DNA of 64,000 nucleotides from Andalucia godoyi And28 (Eukaryota > Protista > Jakobida): the NCBI GenBank assembly GCA_009859145.1, contig VRVR01000009.1, positions 251,500-315,499 of the forward strand, given 5' to 3'. The notes beneath the pieces were generated by a model, which was not told where the DNA came from, did no database searches, and worked only from the letters and a program-made list of their open reading frames with translations. The position numbers and the translations under genes were made by a program. Numbering within the stretch: position 1 is the stretch's first letter; the number at the start of each line of letters is the position of its first letter. Below, piece after piece: positions 20,886-33,300 of the stretch.

Positions 20886-21258
20886 GCCCTCGGGGATTTT
20901 GCCCCAGTAACCTTCCCTAATGAAACGTCGTTAAATAAAAAAATTCAAATTCAAATTGAAAAATAAAATAAAACAGCACTACAACAGGCACTCTCACTGC
21001 ACGTTTTCGTCTTTTGTTTTTTTCTCGTTCAAAACTTCAAATTGATGCTTGAGTCATCCCGGAATATTTAATTTTTTTTTCTTTTGATTCGCTCTTGCTT
21101 TTTCCCTTTTTGCGGCTTTGATATCGCTGACTTGCATTTTTTTTTGCGTTCTGCATTTTTGCGTTCTGAAAATTTATTTTTCCCTCCTTAATTATTACAA
21201 ATCCAATTGCTGGTGTCCCGGAAAACAACGTAAATCAATTCTAGAGGGCCGCAAAACC

Positions 21259-22221
21259 ATGAAAGTCAAGGATATTGTGCGGACTCCCAAGACAAGGTCA
21301 TCGAAGCGAGCACTTCAAAAGAGGCTACCCAAGGTGTTTGAGAATCCGAAGCAGTCGCTGGTGCTGAGCGGCAAGCGGACGTCTGGTGTTGTTTCAGAGG
21401 TCTTGAAGGTTCTTCATTCTCTGCGCAAGCCGAATTCAAAGAAATTCACGCGAAAGAACGATGTCACTCCCTTTGAAGATGCATCGAAAATTGAATTTTT
21501 GGGTGGAAAAAACGACACTTCTCTTTTTGTCATTGGGTCACATTCCAAGAAGCGTCCGCATCACTTGACCTTTGGGCGCCTGTTCGATTTTGAACTCTAT
21601 GACATGTACGAGTTTGAGGTTGAGGGGTTTGAAGTGCCTCCTGTTTCGACACAGCAGTTGGGTTCAAAGCCTGTGTTGATTTTCCAAGGTGATCAGTTTG
21701 AGAATGATGCGACATATTGTGCAATCCGCGAGTATTTTCTTGACTTCGCTCGGGGTGCTGACCTGGAAAAGGTTTCTGCTGAAGGATTGCAGCACGCTCT
21801 TGTCTTTTCTGTGATTGGGTCTCGCATACATATCAAGCAGTACTACTTGCAATCACAATTCAAGAGTGAGGAGGCACCGAAAATCACTGCTGTTCCTTCG
21901 GGACTCCACATTGTCCTTGCGCCGAAACGAAATGTATTGGCAACTGCAGATAAGCGAAAGGTTGCGATGAGAAGATCGAAGCAGTCGCTGCCCATGAAGA
22001 CAAAGAACGTCGAGGAAGGCGCGGTCGGCACAGTACTGGGTCGTGTACATATGGAGAAGCAAGACCTGCAGCGACTTGCATTGAAGAAGATGAAGGGCTT
22101 GAAGCGAGCCAGGGAGTCTCCCGGTGCCGGTGCCGGTGCCGGTGCCGAGGCAGAGGTCGAAGCAGAAGCACAGACTGTGTTCAACGAAAGACCAGCCAAG
22201 GTAATGAAAAAGCAATCATAA
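21259..22221 (+). CDS. RPF2: Ribosome production factor 2 (Brix domain), 320 aa
   Basis: KNDTSLFVIGSHSKKRPHHLTFGRLFD and GTVLGRVHMEKQDL. Start placed at ATG 21259. Confidence 0.93.
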   Translation: MKVKDIVRTPKTRSSKRALQKRLPKVFENPKQSLVLSGKRTSGVVSEVLKVLHSLRKPNSKKFTRKNDVTPFEDASKIEFLGGKNDTSLFVIGSHSKKRPHHLTFGRLFDFELYDMYEFEVEGFEVPPVSTQQLGSKPVLIFQGDQFENDATYCAIREYFLDFARGADLEKVSAEGLQHALVFSVIGSRIHIKQYYLQSQFKSEEAPKITAVPSGLHIVLAPKRNVLATADKRKVAMRRSKQSLPMKTKNVEEGAVGTVLGRVHMEKQDLQRLALKKMKGLKRARESPGAGAGAGAEAEVEAEAQTVFNERPAKVMKKQS

Positions 22222-22492
22222 AGAAAAGCACCAGACAAAGGATGATCGCATCCAGTACATCATCAGCAGGGCCACCGCGTTACTGATCCTCCGAAACGGA
22301 ACACAAGTATTTCTAATATGTGATAGTATGGTATAGTATATATTTTTTCACTCGTTTATTTTATCACATTCTTCTTTTTCTTTTCTGTTTTTTTGCTTTG
22401 TTTTGTTTTGTTTTTGCCTTCTTCATTTTCTTGCCTTGTGAAACACACCAAACATTTCCCCTTTTTTGTTGCATGGAGAATGAAAGCGGTTT

Positions 22493-23818
22493 TCATCGGC
22501 TGCAGACGTTGGTGAGAGACGGCGCGTCCCAGCACTGCAGCGACTCCGACGCAATAAGCGGCTTGACGATGAGCGTGGCCGCCCGCAAAAGCCGGAATGC
22601 CATAAAGACACGGGCAGGAGTCGGGAAAGGGAACAGAAGACGGGCGACACCGTACAGGGCAACAGAAAAGAAATGGAAAATAAGCATCGATGGATACGGT
22701 TTGAGCCCGGAAAGTAAACCAATCGGGCCCGACACTGCAATTCCTCCAAGCTTGAAGTAGTCAAAGCACGCCTTTCTCATGATGGGCAACGATGGATCAT
22801 CTTGGGCAGAAAACACGGAATACAGTGCATTTGCAAGAATGTTGATTGTCGATGCGTACGGCTTTCTCTTTGAATAAAAGGCAGACATGATCTTCTCGAG
22901 TCGTTTGAGATCTGTCAAGTCCTTGCGAGATCGGATCAAGTTTGCAAACGTCAAGACGTCATTGAATGCGACCGTCATGCCGCCTCCAGTGAGGGGATGC
23001 CTGCAATTGAACGCATCGCCGAGAAGAATCGCCCCGGAGACAACATATGGCTTTCCGCTCATGGTTTTGTTTGGCATTGAGCGAATTCTTCCTTTCTGCA
23101 CAGCCGAGACAAAGTACGGTTTGATCTCGGTAGGCAATTGGGGAGCAATCTCTGTCAGAAGATACGCGGTCATATCGCCATTGGAGATGGAAGGCAGCTT
23201 GCCGTTGATGTCCACCAGAACACGGCACTCCGTTGAGCTGATGGGGTACGCAAGAACTGGCGTGGGTTTTGCAAGGATCACGTGGCCGTGCCACGGGAAC
23301 GGAAGATGTTCATTTGCTCCTTCCATCAAGATGCCGACAAAGTGAGACCGGACCACCGGCTGAGCATCAGAAATCTTGGAGCGGAATACGGACCCCGAGC
23401 CGTCGCATACGATCGTAACGGCAGATTTGATGCGCTTCTGCTTGCCATCGGCATCACGAAACAGCAATCCAGTGATGCGACTTCCTTCTTCAACCAAGCG
23501 AGTGACGGTGCCTGCAATCAGCGAGACCCCAGTCGTTCCGCGAGCAGACGATCGCAGATTCTGCACAAACCTCCCATGGTGAAACGCCCGTCCAATCGCC
23601 GGCTTTCCTTTCACAATAGGATACTTCAGTTGAAGCCTCTGATTGTCCATAAACACAGAATATCCTTGGATCTTGCACGCATCGATTCCTTCCATGGTTT
23701 CCGCAAGACCCAGCTGCGTCAGCGCATTCACACCACCAGGTTGCAGCAACTCACCAATCAAACGATCCGGTTCACTGGATAGATAGATAGATAGAGAGAT
23801 AGATAGATAGATAGAGAG

Positions 23819-23850
<32 letters not shown>

Positions 23851-24218
23851 AAACACAAACACACACACAAAGAAACATCAGCATCTGGACAGCAATCGTC
23901 ACAATAAATGCATCATGGCATGCAAAGCTCGAAGGTGAAGAAAAAAGAATAAAAACGGACATACGATAGATCTCGTTCGACAACAATTACTTTGAATCCC
24001 TTCTTTCCAAGCACATATGCTAGTGTGGCACCCACCACTCCTCCTCCAACGATGACGACGTCCGAGTGGATCATTTCCGCAGAGCCGGACGATCCAGCAG
24101 AGCCGGATGCCGATGTCGATGTCGGTTCCTCGGATGCAATGGCCGGAACTGAAAGACGCGAAACATTGGGGAAAATATGACGCGCAACAACCGCTGCACG
24201 AGACTCTGGAATAGACAT
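22493..24218 (-). CDS. SQLE: Squalene epoxidase; exons 24218-23965 and 23774-22493, 511 aa
   Basis: GGGVVG FAD motif; the spliced junction restores ERDLS|EPDRLIGELLQPGG; also GRAFHHGRFV and GDAFNCRHPLTGGGMT. Intron 23775-23964 is GTATGT...CCAG. Confidence 0.95.
23779..23870 (+). repeat. (GATA)n/(GA)n/(CA)n microsatellite inside the SQLE intron
   Basis: Read directly. Confidence 0.9.
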
Positions 24219-24726
24219 GTTCTACTTTGTTGCTCTCAACCTTTCCAAACAATTTTCTGAACAGAAAAAAAATAATAAGAATAAGAATAAGAAGGATGAA
24301 GAACTAAAGATGAAATAGCAACAAGCAACAACAATAATAAAAGGCAAAAGACAAAAGGCAAAATGCAAAAGGCAAAAGGCAAAAGGCAAAAAACGAATAT
24401 GCCTATCGAAACGGAAACTCGGACAAAAATACTTGGCTTTTTTGGTGCAAAAATATATGAATGGGGTTTAATAATAACGCGCGCATCAGTCGGGCGGAGT
24501 TTTATTTTCTGCTCTACAAAGCAGGTTCTACGATCAGTGAGACTGATGAAAAGACGAGAACAGGACGAGAAACAAAAAAGGCCAAGCGAGCAGGACGATT
24601 TCATAGGAGATGGGGAAGGGGGGGGCACTGACGACACGGGGAAAACTGGCGGAATTTTCGAAAAAGCAACGAGCGAACCAAAATATACGTTAAAATTGAC
24701 AAGAAGAAGAAAATAATACACAATTA

Positions 24727-27432
24727 CTACTCATAGATCTCCTCCACAGATTCAATAAGGCGGATTCCCTTTTCTTCCAATGCTTCAAGCAATGGGACAT
24801 ATAGATCGGCGGTCATTGGTCCACACACTCCGACGCGAGAAATCACATTGTCAAGCACCAGCTGCGTTGCGATGGCACATGGCACACCAACACAGCGCGC
24901 CATTGCTGTCAAGGCACCCGGCTGTCCCAAAGGATCCCCATACATAACCAGCGAAGCCATCTTCTTTTGCTTTCGCGGTTGACCAGGAAGCTGGTAGATA
25001 AACTCGTGAGTCAAGATCACAAGGTCGCGCTCACCCTTTTCATAAACAAGCGTCGCATTGAGCAGCGATGTCAAGGCATCAATGGGCGTTTTCGCAGCGC
25101 CGTCGTATTTGGTTGTGTCCAAAAACATTCCAAACCACTTCAACCCTGCGAGAGCCTCTGACACCCGTTCCATGTCCCCACGGAAAACATGCTCAAGCTT
25201 CTGTTGCACAGCAGTCCGCACACTGTCCACAGAAACACGGAGGACCGCAGACAGCAAATCCGGCCACGATTGCGGACGATTTTCGTCAAGTGAATTGGTA
25301 TCCATAAGGCCCAAACCGCGGAATGCGAGCACCATAGTTGCAAACCCGGGGAAGCGCAACGTTCCTCGAAGCATCGTCTCCGCCTCCGGGATTCCGTACA
25401 ATTCCTTGTACTTGATCGAATCCCGATTGGCAACACCGACAAGATTAAACCCGCGATAGACGCGTTGTGGGCATGCGTGCTCGTACGTCTGGCCAGATGC
25501 ACGCTCCACGACCTGGCCATTCACCAGGAACCGAGCAGGTGCCTCTGCAGCAGTCAAAACACCACGGGGGTTCCAAGAGAATTTGTATCCCAGCGGGTTG
25601 TTCGAGTTTTCGGGGGCAGGAAGCCCTCCAGCAAACGACGTAAAGCTGATCACCTTTCCGCCTTTGGAATGAATCTGGTCGATCACCATTTTCGCGGAAC
25701 AATGATCAATGCCTGGGTCAAGCCCAACTTCGTTCAAAATTACGATGCCTGCGTCACGAGCGGCAGAATCCAATGAGGCAAGCTCGGGGGATATGTAGCT
25801 GGTCGTGATCAAACTCTTCTTCTCTCGGATGCACACTTCCGCAACGCGGACATGCAAGGTTGCAGGAAGCAGCGAAATGACAATATCATGCTTGGAAACC
25901 AACGATTGTAGTACAACGCTGTCCTCCAAATCCAACAAGACCGCCCGCGCAGTTGTCGGCGCAAACTCGTCTACCAGCTTTTGCGCTTGCTCAAGGATGT
26001 TGGACGCAATCGTAAGTTGGTTTCGAGACAGCTCTGCAAAGTAGTGGACAAGCCCAGCTGACACAAAACCAGACCCAAGAACAAGAATACGTCGCACAGC
26101 CTTCATCGTGTTCTTTCTGAGTTCCGCAATGTACTGGAACGGAGGAGTCAGCTGCCCGTGTGAAGTGATGATGGCCTTGTGGACTTCGGCTGGAAGGTCG
26201 TTCGCCTGATTCTCGAACGATGCTGATCCGTCGGAGAGTGCAATTGGCTTGACGAAGGGAAGCAGTGAGTTTCCAAAAAACTCAGACGACTGGAAAGGCA
26301 ACTCTGCAGGAAGATGGTCCACTCCGAGAAACAAGACGCCGTCGCTGTGAATGTCGTAATTGGTGCGTTGGTTCATGACATCATACACAAACGTCGGATT
26401 ATCGATTGTCGTAGCATGCACGAAAAATTCCACAGACCCTTGCGGATCACAGGAAATGTCAGCGATTGCATGAAGCCTCCAGCGCTTCTCCCGCATGAGC
26501 TGTTGGGCCTGTCGAGTCGTTACCAAACGAGGGTACTTTGGTTCCCAGTACATACAGTTCACCATTAGCGACAGGTACGGAAGGACCTTCTCATGGTAGA
26601 TTGGTTCATACGATGCAGGGTTGGCGTAGTACTCCTTCTTGTCAAAAGGCTTGGATCTGTCCTTTGGTTTCACCATGTGCTTCGATTCTGACACTGTGAT
26701 GTACACGCACCGCCTGTCCTTCGTTTTCATGACGCTTTCAAGGTCGTCCGAGGACACAAACTTGTGAGGCAGCAATTCCAGAATTTCCAACGCAGCAGTC
26801 GCAACTGATCCTGTGGAAGTGACGCCGATGATAAACGGACACAGAGCATCCGGAAGCCCAATGCGCTCAATGACCTTTCCGACATTGCGAATGGCATCCT
26901 TGGCATCATCCAGAGAACGATACGTTCTTGACAGAGAGCAGTACAAGAAAGGAGTTGAAAATCCAAGGGCCAGCAAACGATCGCCCACTGCGGCCAGAAT
27001 ATCGATCGTTCCAGCATATCCTGCATACGGGCCAAAGCGCACAAGACGCTCGTTCTTGGGATTCGTAATCTTTTCATAGTCAATCATACGGATCCTCTTC
27101 TCCAGCATTGTGTCCAGCAGCGGCATGTTGTGTGGCTGCGCCTTGATCGTGTGCGAGAAGAAGATGTACGTCCGCTCGGGAATCAGCAGCGCTGCTGGAA
27201 CCTCCTTCACAGCAAGAATCGTTGCTGCTGGACTCAAGTCCTCGGACACTGTCGCACCCGCTTCTTCGTACTCTCCATCCGAGTAACAGCGAATATTCGA
27301 AGGCTGGACAATCACCTGGACACCAGACTGCACCAGTTCTCGGACTTGCACAGGAGTCAGCGGGACGCGCCGTTCCCACCGATTCTTGTCTTCTCGACGA
27401 ATTCCAATAATGCCGTTGCCCTTGATTGCCAT
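24727..27432 (-). CDS. AASS: Bifunctional lysine-ketoglutarate reductase/saccharopine dehydrogenase, 901 aa
   Basis: IRREDKNRWERRVPLTP, FFSHTIKAQ, DISCDP; second domain LVLGSGFVS, NEVGLDPGIDH, YKFSWNPRG, AMARCVG. A likely upstream intron lies at 27434-27627. Confidence 0.95.
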   Translation of the reverse strand: MAIKGNGIIGIRREDKNRWERRVPLTPVQVRELVQSGVQVIVQPSNIRCYSDGEYEEAGATVSEDLSPAATILAVKEVPAALLIPERTYIFFSHTIKAQPHNMPLLDTMLEKRIRMIDYEKITNPKNERLVRFGPYAGYAGTIDILAAVGDRLLALGFSTPFLYCSLSRTYRSLDDAKDAIRNVGKVIERIGLPDALCPFIIGVTSTGSVATAALEILELLPHKFVSSDDLESVMKTKDRRCVYITVSESKHMVKPKDRSKPFDKKEYYANPASYEPIYHEKVLPYLSLMVNCMYWEPKYPRLVTTRQAQQLMREKRWRLHAIADISCDPQGSVEFFVHATTIDNPTFVYDVMNQRTNYDIHSDGVLFLGVDHLPAELPFQSSEFFGNSLLPFVKPIALSDGSASFENQANDLPAEVHKAIITSHGQLTPPFQYIAELRKNTMKAVRRILVLGSGFVSAGLVHYFAELSRNQLTIASNILEQAQKLVDEFAPTTARAVLLDLEDSVVLQSLVSKHDIVISLLPATLHVRVAEVCIREKKSLITTSYISPELASLDSAARDAGIVILNEVGLDPGIDHCSAKMVIDQIHSKGGKVISFTSFAGGLPAPENSNNPLGYKFSWNPRGVLTAAEAPARFLVNGQVVERASGQTYEHACPQRVYRGFNLVGVANRDSIKYKELYGIPEAETMLRGTLRFPGFATMVLAFRGLGLMDTNSLDENRPQSWPDLLSAVLRVSVDSVRTAVQQKLEHVFRGDMERVSEALAGLKWFGMFLDTTKYDGAAKTPIDALTSLLNATLVYEKGERDLVILTHEFIYQLPGQPRKQKKMASLVMYGDPLGQPGALTAMARCVGVPCAIATQLVLDNVISRVGVCGPMTADLYVPLLEALEEKGIRLIESVEEIYE

Positions 27433-28045
27433 CCTGGAAAGACCAAAGAGAAAAGCAAATACTTCTTGAATACGCGTGAAAGAAACAAAAACAAAAACAA
27501 AATAAATTTAAATTTAAATTAAAAAAATGAAGGCAATTTTAAAAAAAAAAAAACCAAAAATATAAAAGAAGGAAAAGAAACGAGGAGAGAAAAATAATAA
27601 TATTTATATTGCTGAAGCAAAACATACGAACACCGTCTAAAGGACGCGACTGCTGCGAGAAAAATGAAAAAGCCTGTGGGGGAAAGGGCAGCAGCGAAAA
27701 AACAGCCCTGCAGTCGCCAAACGTCGACGCCTTCGGTGCACCAAGGGTAGTGCGGAGCCATCGCGTTCTTCCAAAACACTGTCGACTGTCTGCCGGCTTG
27801 TCGCGACCTTATCATAGCTCTTCCAAAAAAAGACTGATAGACATCAAGAATTCCAAACAAAGGTCGGGAAAACGGAGCCTAGTGGCTAGTTTGCAATGTA
27901 GGCAATGAAGGAAGTGAATGATCGATGCGGATGAGACTCCGCGGATTCTGCATTCTTCTCATGTTGTTCTTGTGAAATCTCTTTGTGATCGTCCGGATTA
28001 TACATATTATACACACATCCACGCTGTACCTTGGGATTTTACGTA

Positions 28046-29269
28046 ATGAGACACAGAAAATTCCAGGATTGGACGTTTTATGACATTTATGGAGACTCAG
28101 AATCGCATACTGGTCTGTTTTTTTCGAGCCGGACCCGTAAACCGCGGCTCGTCATTGCAGGGATCACAGTGCTTCTGGCGATATGGATGTTGATACGGCA
28201 AATATTCGGAACCGAACCAAAGCTTTGTCCAGAGATGTGTCGAGTGTTCCCTGTGGACATTTCAGAAAAGGGCGCAAGTCAATTATCATCCATTAGCGAA
28301 GAGTCCTTCGCTCTCAATGATCCATTATCCGTATTTTCAAAATCTGTCTTTGTAGAGCAACCGGAAACAAAATACTTGTTTGCTCTGTTGCTGCCAGTCC
28401 GTTCTGAACCCAAGAGACTTGGGACGAAGTTCCACGACCAGCTGCTTGTGAAGTACTTTGGAGCGTCCTTTTGCCGCACCCTCTCCGACGAGTCGCTGCT
28501 GCATTTTGAATACCGGTTCTATGTCGGGTATGATTTTCGGGACCCCGTGATTGACTCGAAGCAGTTTCAGTCCGACTATACTGCTTGGCTTCAGTCGAAA
28601 TGTCCTGTAAAAGCGCGCTTGTCGTTTGTTTGGATTCCACTCTATGGCCTCCACGGCAGGATCAATGCGATTTGGAATGTTCTCAGCCACCGTGCGCATG
28701 CAGACGGCGCGCACTTCTTCAGTCCGATGAACGACGATGTGGAGCTTATGACAGAAAACTGGGCATACAAGCACGCAATGCAGCTGCTGAGCCATCCGAA
28801 GTATCCGGGCTTTGGGATCTCCGTCTTTCGGGATCTGTGGATGCCGAACTTCCCAACGTTTCACGTGGTGTCCAGAGTGCACACAAACATCTTTGGGGGG
28901 GCGTATTATCCACTGTCGTTCTTGGGAGCAAACAATGATCCGTGGATCTTCACGGTGTACTCCGTCTTCCAGTCCGCGTTCAACAACTCACAAATAACAT
29001 TGCGCAACCGAGTCGGTGGGACCGTGAATCGGTACGAGTACGGTGCACCGGAGGACTTTGATGGCATGGTTGCTCTCCACGTATCAACAGTTGCACGATT
29101 CCTTCGAAGAGTTCGACTTGCAGAACCGTGGGTTTTTGCTGATGATACTTTGCTGGCCTACAGTTTTGCTTGCGTCGAAATGGTCATGCAGCGATTCGAC
29201 GATTCTATTCTGGAAAAGTCGTGTCCGGACCTCGAATCCGTGCAGTATCGTCCACTCGTGTTTGCCTGA
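28046..29269 (+). CDS. Putative type II membrane GT-A-fold glycosyltransferase, 407 aa
   Basis: N-proximal TM segment (LVIAGITVLLAIWMLI), a stem, FYVGYD, INAIWNVL..A and MNDD (DxD-like, 28730-28738). Family not determined. Confidence 0.65.
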   Translation: MRHRKFQDWTFYDIYGDSESHTGLFFSSRTRKPRLVIAGITVLLAIWMLIRQIFGTEPKLCPEMCRVFPVDISEKGASQLSSISEESFALNDPLSVFSKSVFVEQPETKYLFALLLPVRSEPKRLGTKFHDQLLVKYFGASFCRTLSDESLLHFEYRFYVGYDFRDPVIDSKQFQSDYTAWLQSKCPVKARLSFVWIPLYGLHGRINAIWNVLSHRAHADGAHFFSPMNDDVELMTENWAYKHAMQLLSHPKYPGFGISVFRDLWMPNFPTFHVVSRVHTNIFGGAYYPLSFLGANNDPWIFTVYSVFQSAFNNSQITLRNRVGGTVNRYEYGAPEDFDGMVALHVSTVARFLRRVRLAEPWVFADDTLLAYSFACVEMVMQRFDDSILEKSCPDLESVQYRPLVFA

Positions 29270-29431
29270 TGCGGAGGGTGAAGGATGATGTTTCCTGTGT
29301 CGCTCAAAGATCCCTTCCCCCCCCCCCCCCCCCGTGTACTAAAAACACCATTCTCCAAGAAGTGCCAGTCCATGGCGATGCACGAGACTTCCTACTTGGA
29401 AGTGAGTGCTTCTGTGATGCTGCATCTTTTT

Positions 29432-29485
29432 GAATTTGAATTCACATTCGGTTCCGATACAAAGCCGAATATGGATGGTCCGCAA
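29432..29485 (+). repeat. Dispersed 54-nt element, copy A (putative structured RNA)
   Basis: 45/54 identity (hand-aligned) to 51085-51138; folds into an 11-bp stem with a 9-nt loop. Confidence 0.75.
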
Positions 29486-30108
29486 TGATGAATCAACTGT
29501 TCCTGATGATGATGGTGGGATGACGATGAACAAGTGCACACGTGATATTTCGTGAGCGTTTCCCGGATTCTTTGCTTTTATTGAAAATGGGTGCACCTTA
29601 AAATGCTGGTGTGAGCAGACGTCGTCGACACTCCACAGGCTCGCATCCCGATGCTGAAAATCAAGAACACGTCACGGCTGTACATAAAAGTGGTACAGAA
29701 ACATTTTTGATCAATTTTGGCGTTTTTGTTTCTATCCGACTTTCCATTTCTCTGATTCTGATTCTGATTCTGACTCTGATTCTGATTCTTGTTCTGATTC
29801 TCGTTCGGAAACAACAAACAAACAAACATATACACATAGTACTATCTGTGTTCCTCTTCCGTTTTGCTGTCATTTCTTTCCTTCGGCGCCTCTTGTTTAT
29901 GAAACAATCCTGAACGAGTGGGCTCACGTTGATTTTCTTTGACTATTATTCATCAGAATATTATTTCAATATTGTTTTATCTTCTTCTTCCTCCTCCTCC
30001 CCCTCTTCTTTTTCGTCTGTTTCCCTCCCTCCTCTTCTTTTTTTGGTGGGTGGTCCTATTTCCTCTCAGAAAACACAAAAAGCCATTTTCCCGCCCCTTT
30101 TTGTTTGT

Positions 30109-30152
30109 TCGACATTCGACATTCGACATTCGACATTCGACATTCGACATTC
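30109..30152 (+). repeat. (TTCGACA)n heptamer tandem repeat, about 6 units
   Basis: Read directly upstream of the kinase gene. Confidence 0.9.
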
Positions 30153-30319
30153 ATACAGCATTCCTCTGAGCATACCTCATTGATTCACCGCTCGCTAGAG
30201 CCCGCTGAGATAATCTCCACCAGTCTCATCAACGTCGCTATTTAATATTATCATTTCTTTGTGTTTGTATTAGTGTTTGGTTATCCACAGTTTGTTGTCT
30301 GTCTGTGTGTTTGCTTTTC

Positions 30320-33300
30320 ATGAAGTCTGCAAAAGTGTCTTTTGCGCCGCTATCCATTGATACATTGGATCCTGCGTCGGCGGATCCACCTCATCCTGCG
30401 AACGTGGAGTCTCCGATGTTCACGAATTCACCCCTTGCTCGAACGACTTCCAACATCGAGTACACGACAGATTACCCCATCAGTGGGAGCGGTGTGAATG
30501 GAGTAGCATCGTCTTCAACATCAGCGTTAGCATCAACATCAACAACATCGCGGTATTCGGGACTTGCTTTCACACCGACTGCTGCGTCTGGAACATCATT
30601 GCGATTCACAAAGATTGGATCCTCGCCAATGTTTCGCAACTATCGACCATCGGAAAACATGAAAGAAAGATTGTACTGGGCGAAGCGTCACGTGGACGAG
30701 GATTTGCGGTCTCTGCAATTGGAGATGAATGCAGACCAGATTGTTCGTCATCATCTTTCGGTAACATTGTTCGATTCTGTGCAGGACCTCATTGGTAGAG
30801 TCTTGTCCATGTCAGATGCAGACTTGCTAACTGGTTCGTATCGCGAAATATCGCAGCAATTACTCTCCATGGAGGAATCCGCAAAATCTTCGGTTGATAT
30901 GCGTGTGGTTCATCGACTGATGATCATTTTCTCTCGGTGCACACGTGTCCTCATTACTCTGGAGGGCATCCGGACAATCACTGAAACGGGTGGTTCCGGT
31001 TCACCTTCGTTGTCTGTCCGGCATTCCGGAACGTCGACTCCCGCTGTCTCTGAAGGATTGTCCGACGACGATTGCCATTCTGGTTCTACCGTCGTGCGGG
31101 ATTCGTCAGCTGCGAAGGCGGGTGCAGATGGGAAGCTTGCAAAAAAGCGGGACTTGTCGCCGTTCGCAGGCGGATATGGCGTCATCACACCTCGAAAAGG
31201 ATCAACGTCGGGTGATCAATCTCCGTACTCGCCTTTAAATCGCGGAAGATCGCGAACGGTGCACGTAAGTCCGTCATCCACTGCTCGTTCTCCGTTCGCC
31301 GGTGCCTCCGCAGGTGTGCCCCCGGCTTCCTTGTTTGATGCGACCTCTCCATCCAATGTACATTCTGCGGAGCTTGAAGGCGAATCTGTGCAGGGAAACC
31401 AAGTGGATGACCTCGTGGATTCCAAGACGGACGATGATGACGATGCTTCTGTGTATTCAGACGCTGGTTTTGCATTGCAGGACCCCCGCATTCCATCCCC
31501 CGAGTCCATTATAGAGACTCTTCGGAATGTGCATCGCAAGTCAACTCTTAAAGCGGCGGGGGGATCGTCGACGAGTGTTACACCGTGTTCACCCTCCGCC
31601 TGCCATTCTCGTATTTCGTCCAGTTCGTCGATTCTTTTCGAAGCGTATCAACCGTCAGGAACCGATGGTGCTCTGATCGAAGGCGATTCTACGTCTGGTG
31701 TGTTGAAAGGCGATGGCGAAACGGATTCCTATGCAGTATCGCCTTCCAGCACGCCGGATACTGCGAAGGAAAAGGAAAATCCCGGTGTCAAGAAGTGGAT
31801 CGATCGGTTTATGAGCAAATTCCGGTGGCCAAAAAAGAAAAAGGACAAGACTGTGGATTACATCACACCAAGTCTTCCATCGGAAAGCTCGTTGGATACG
31901 GATACACCCTCTTTGGATGATGACGATGCGAACAACATCGGCCTGTTTGTACCAGGTTCACAGGATTCTGCAGCCCACAAAGCCTCTTCTCTGGCTGAAC
32001 CGCTGCAGTCCGATGACAGCACTCACCAACTTGTCACTACGCCCGTGGAGCCATTGTCCACAGCGACTGCGTGCAGCGTGTCTCCGTTTCCAGAATCTGC
32101 TTCCGCATCAGTTGCGCCGCCTACCGGGGATTCTCCTTTGAAGGATCTTGCGGAAAAGAACGTGCAAAACATGGAGCTGCTTTGTCGAATTTGTGAAGAG
32201 CTCGTGTCCATTGATCAACTAGAGGAGCATTCCAAATATTGTTCTGCGTACTCCAATATGGATATGAAGTCATCTTCTTGTGACGAACGGTTGCAGAAAC
32301 TGGTGTCGTCGATTTCCAACAAGATTGAAAGACAGTCGAATGGCGAAGCGAACATCGACGAAGAGACGCGCTGCCGTTTGGCATATGAAGTCGTGCTACT
32401 CCGTTTTTTCCGCGGGGTAGCCCGTCGTGTTGCTGCCCTGGAGTATGGCGATGCTGCCAGCTTACGAAAGTGCGACGCTCTTTATTGTGACCTGGGATTA
32501 GCGTTGAATTGCCAGCACCCGGACTTGCCCAATTATGCTCTCAGCACTGAAGCCGGAGAACCCAAGAAGCAAAAGATATCTTCTACGATTCATCAAATTG
32601 GCCAGCGCGTGGAAATTGTTGTGCACGATAAGTGCAAGGTTCTGAAGGAGGGGCTGGAGTATGGGAAGCGTCGTGTGGTTGGACTGTCATCATCTGGAGG
32701 TTCGGAACGTACCCAGGCGAAAATGCCGAGTATTGTGGAGTACCAGTCCGAGGGCTCCGTCTCCTCGCCCCATTCAAATCGGCACTCCTCGAGTTCCCCG
32801 TCCAACATTCGACAGCTTGAGGATGCGGTGGAAGACGTTTCTCTTCACAGAGGGAAACGAGGAAAGAGCGAGCCGCGCCGAATGACATTTCAAGATTTTG
32901 AGTTTCTGAAACCCATTTCGCGTGGAGCATATGGCCGCGTGTTTCTTGCTCGCAAGAAGAAAACTGGAGATCTGTACGCCATCAAGGTTTTGGCTAAGGA
33001 AGAAGTGATTCGAAAGAATCTTGTCCACAGAGTCAAAGAGGAACGTCGCATTCTTTCCATTTTTGCTCGCAGCCATGACTGGGTTGTCAAACTGTTCTAT
33101 GCGTTCCAAGGAAAGCTCAATCTCTACCTGGTTATGGAATACTGCCCAGGTGGAGATCTATTCTCGCTGTTGCAGAGATTCGGCGTCTTTGACGAATCAA
33201 TGACGAAGCAGTATGCTGCAGAATTGGTGTTGGCATTGGAGGAATTGCACGCTCGGGGAATTGTGCATCGCGACTTAAAGCCGGACAACGTACTGCTGGA

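Noticed and set aside
29432-29506. The duplicated hairpin as a SECIS, IRE or C/D or H/ACA snoRNA
   Set aside because: No conserved AUGA/GA quartet, no in-frame UGA in the host genes, no CAGUGN loop, and box C/D or H/ACA motifs are not shared by both copies at the right spacing.
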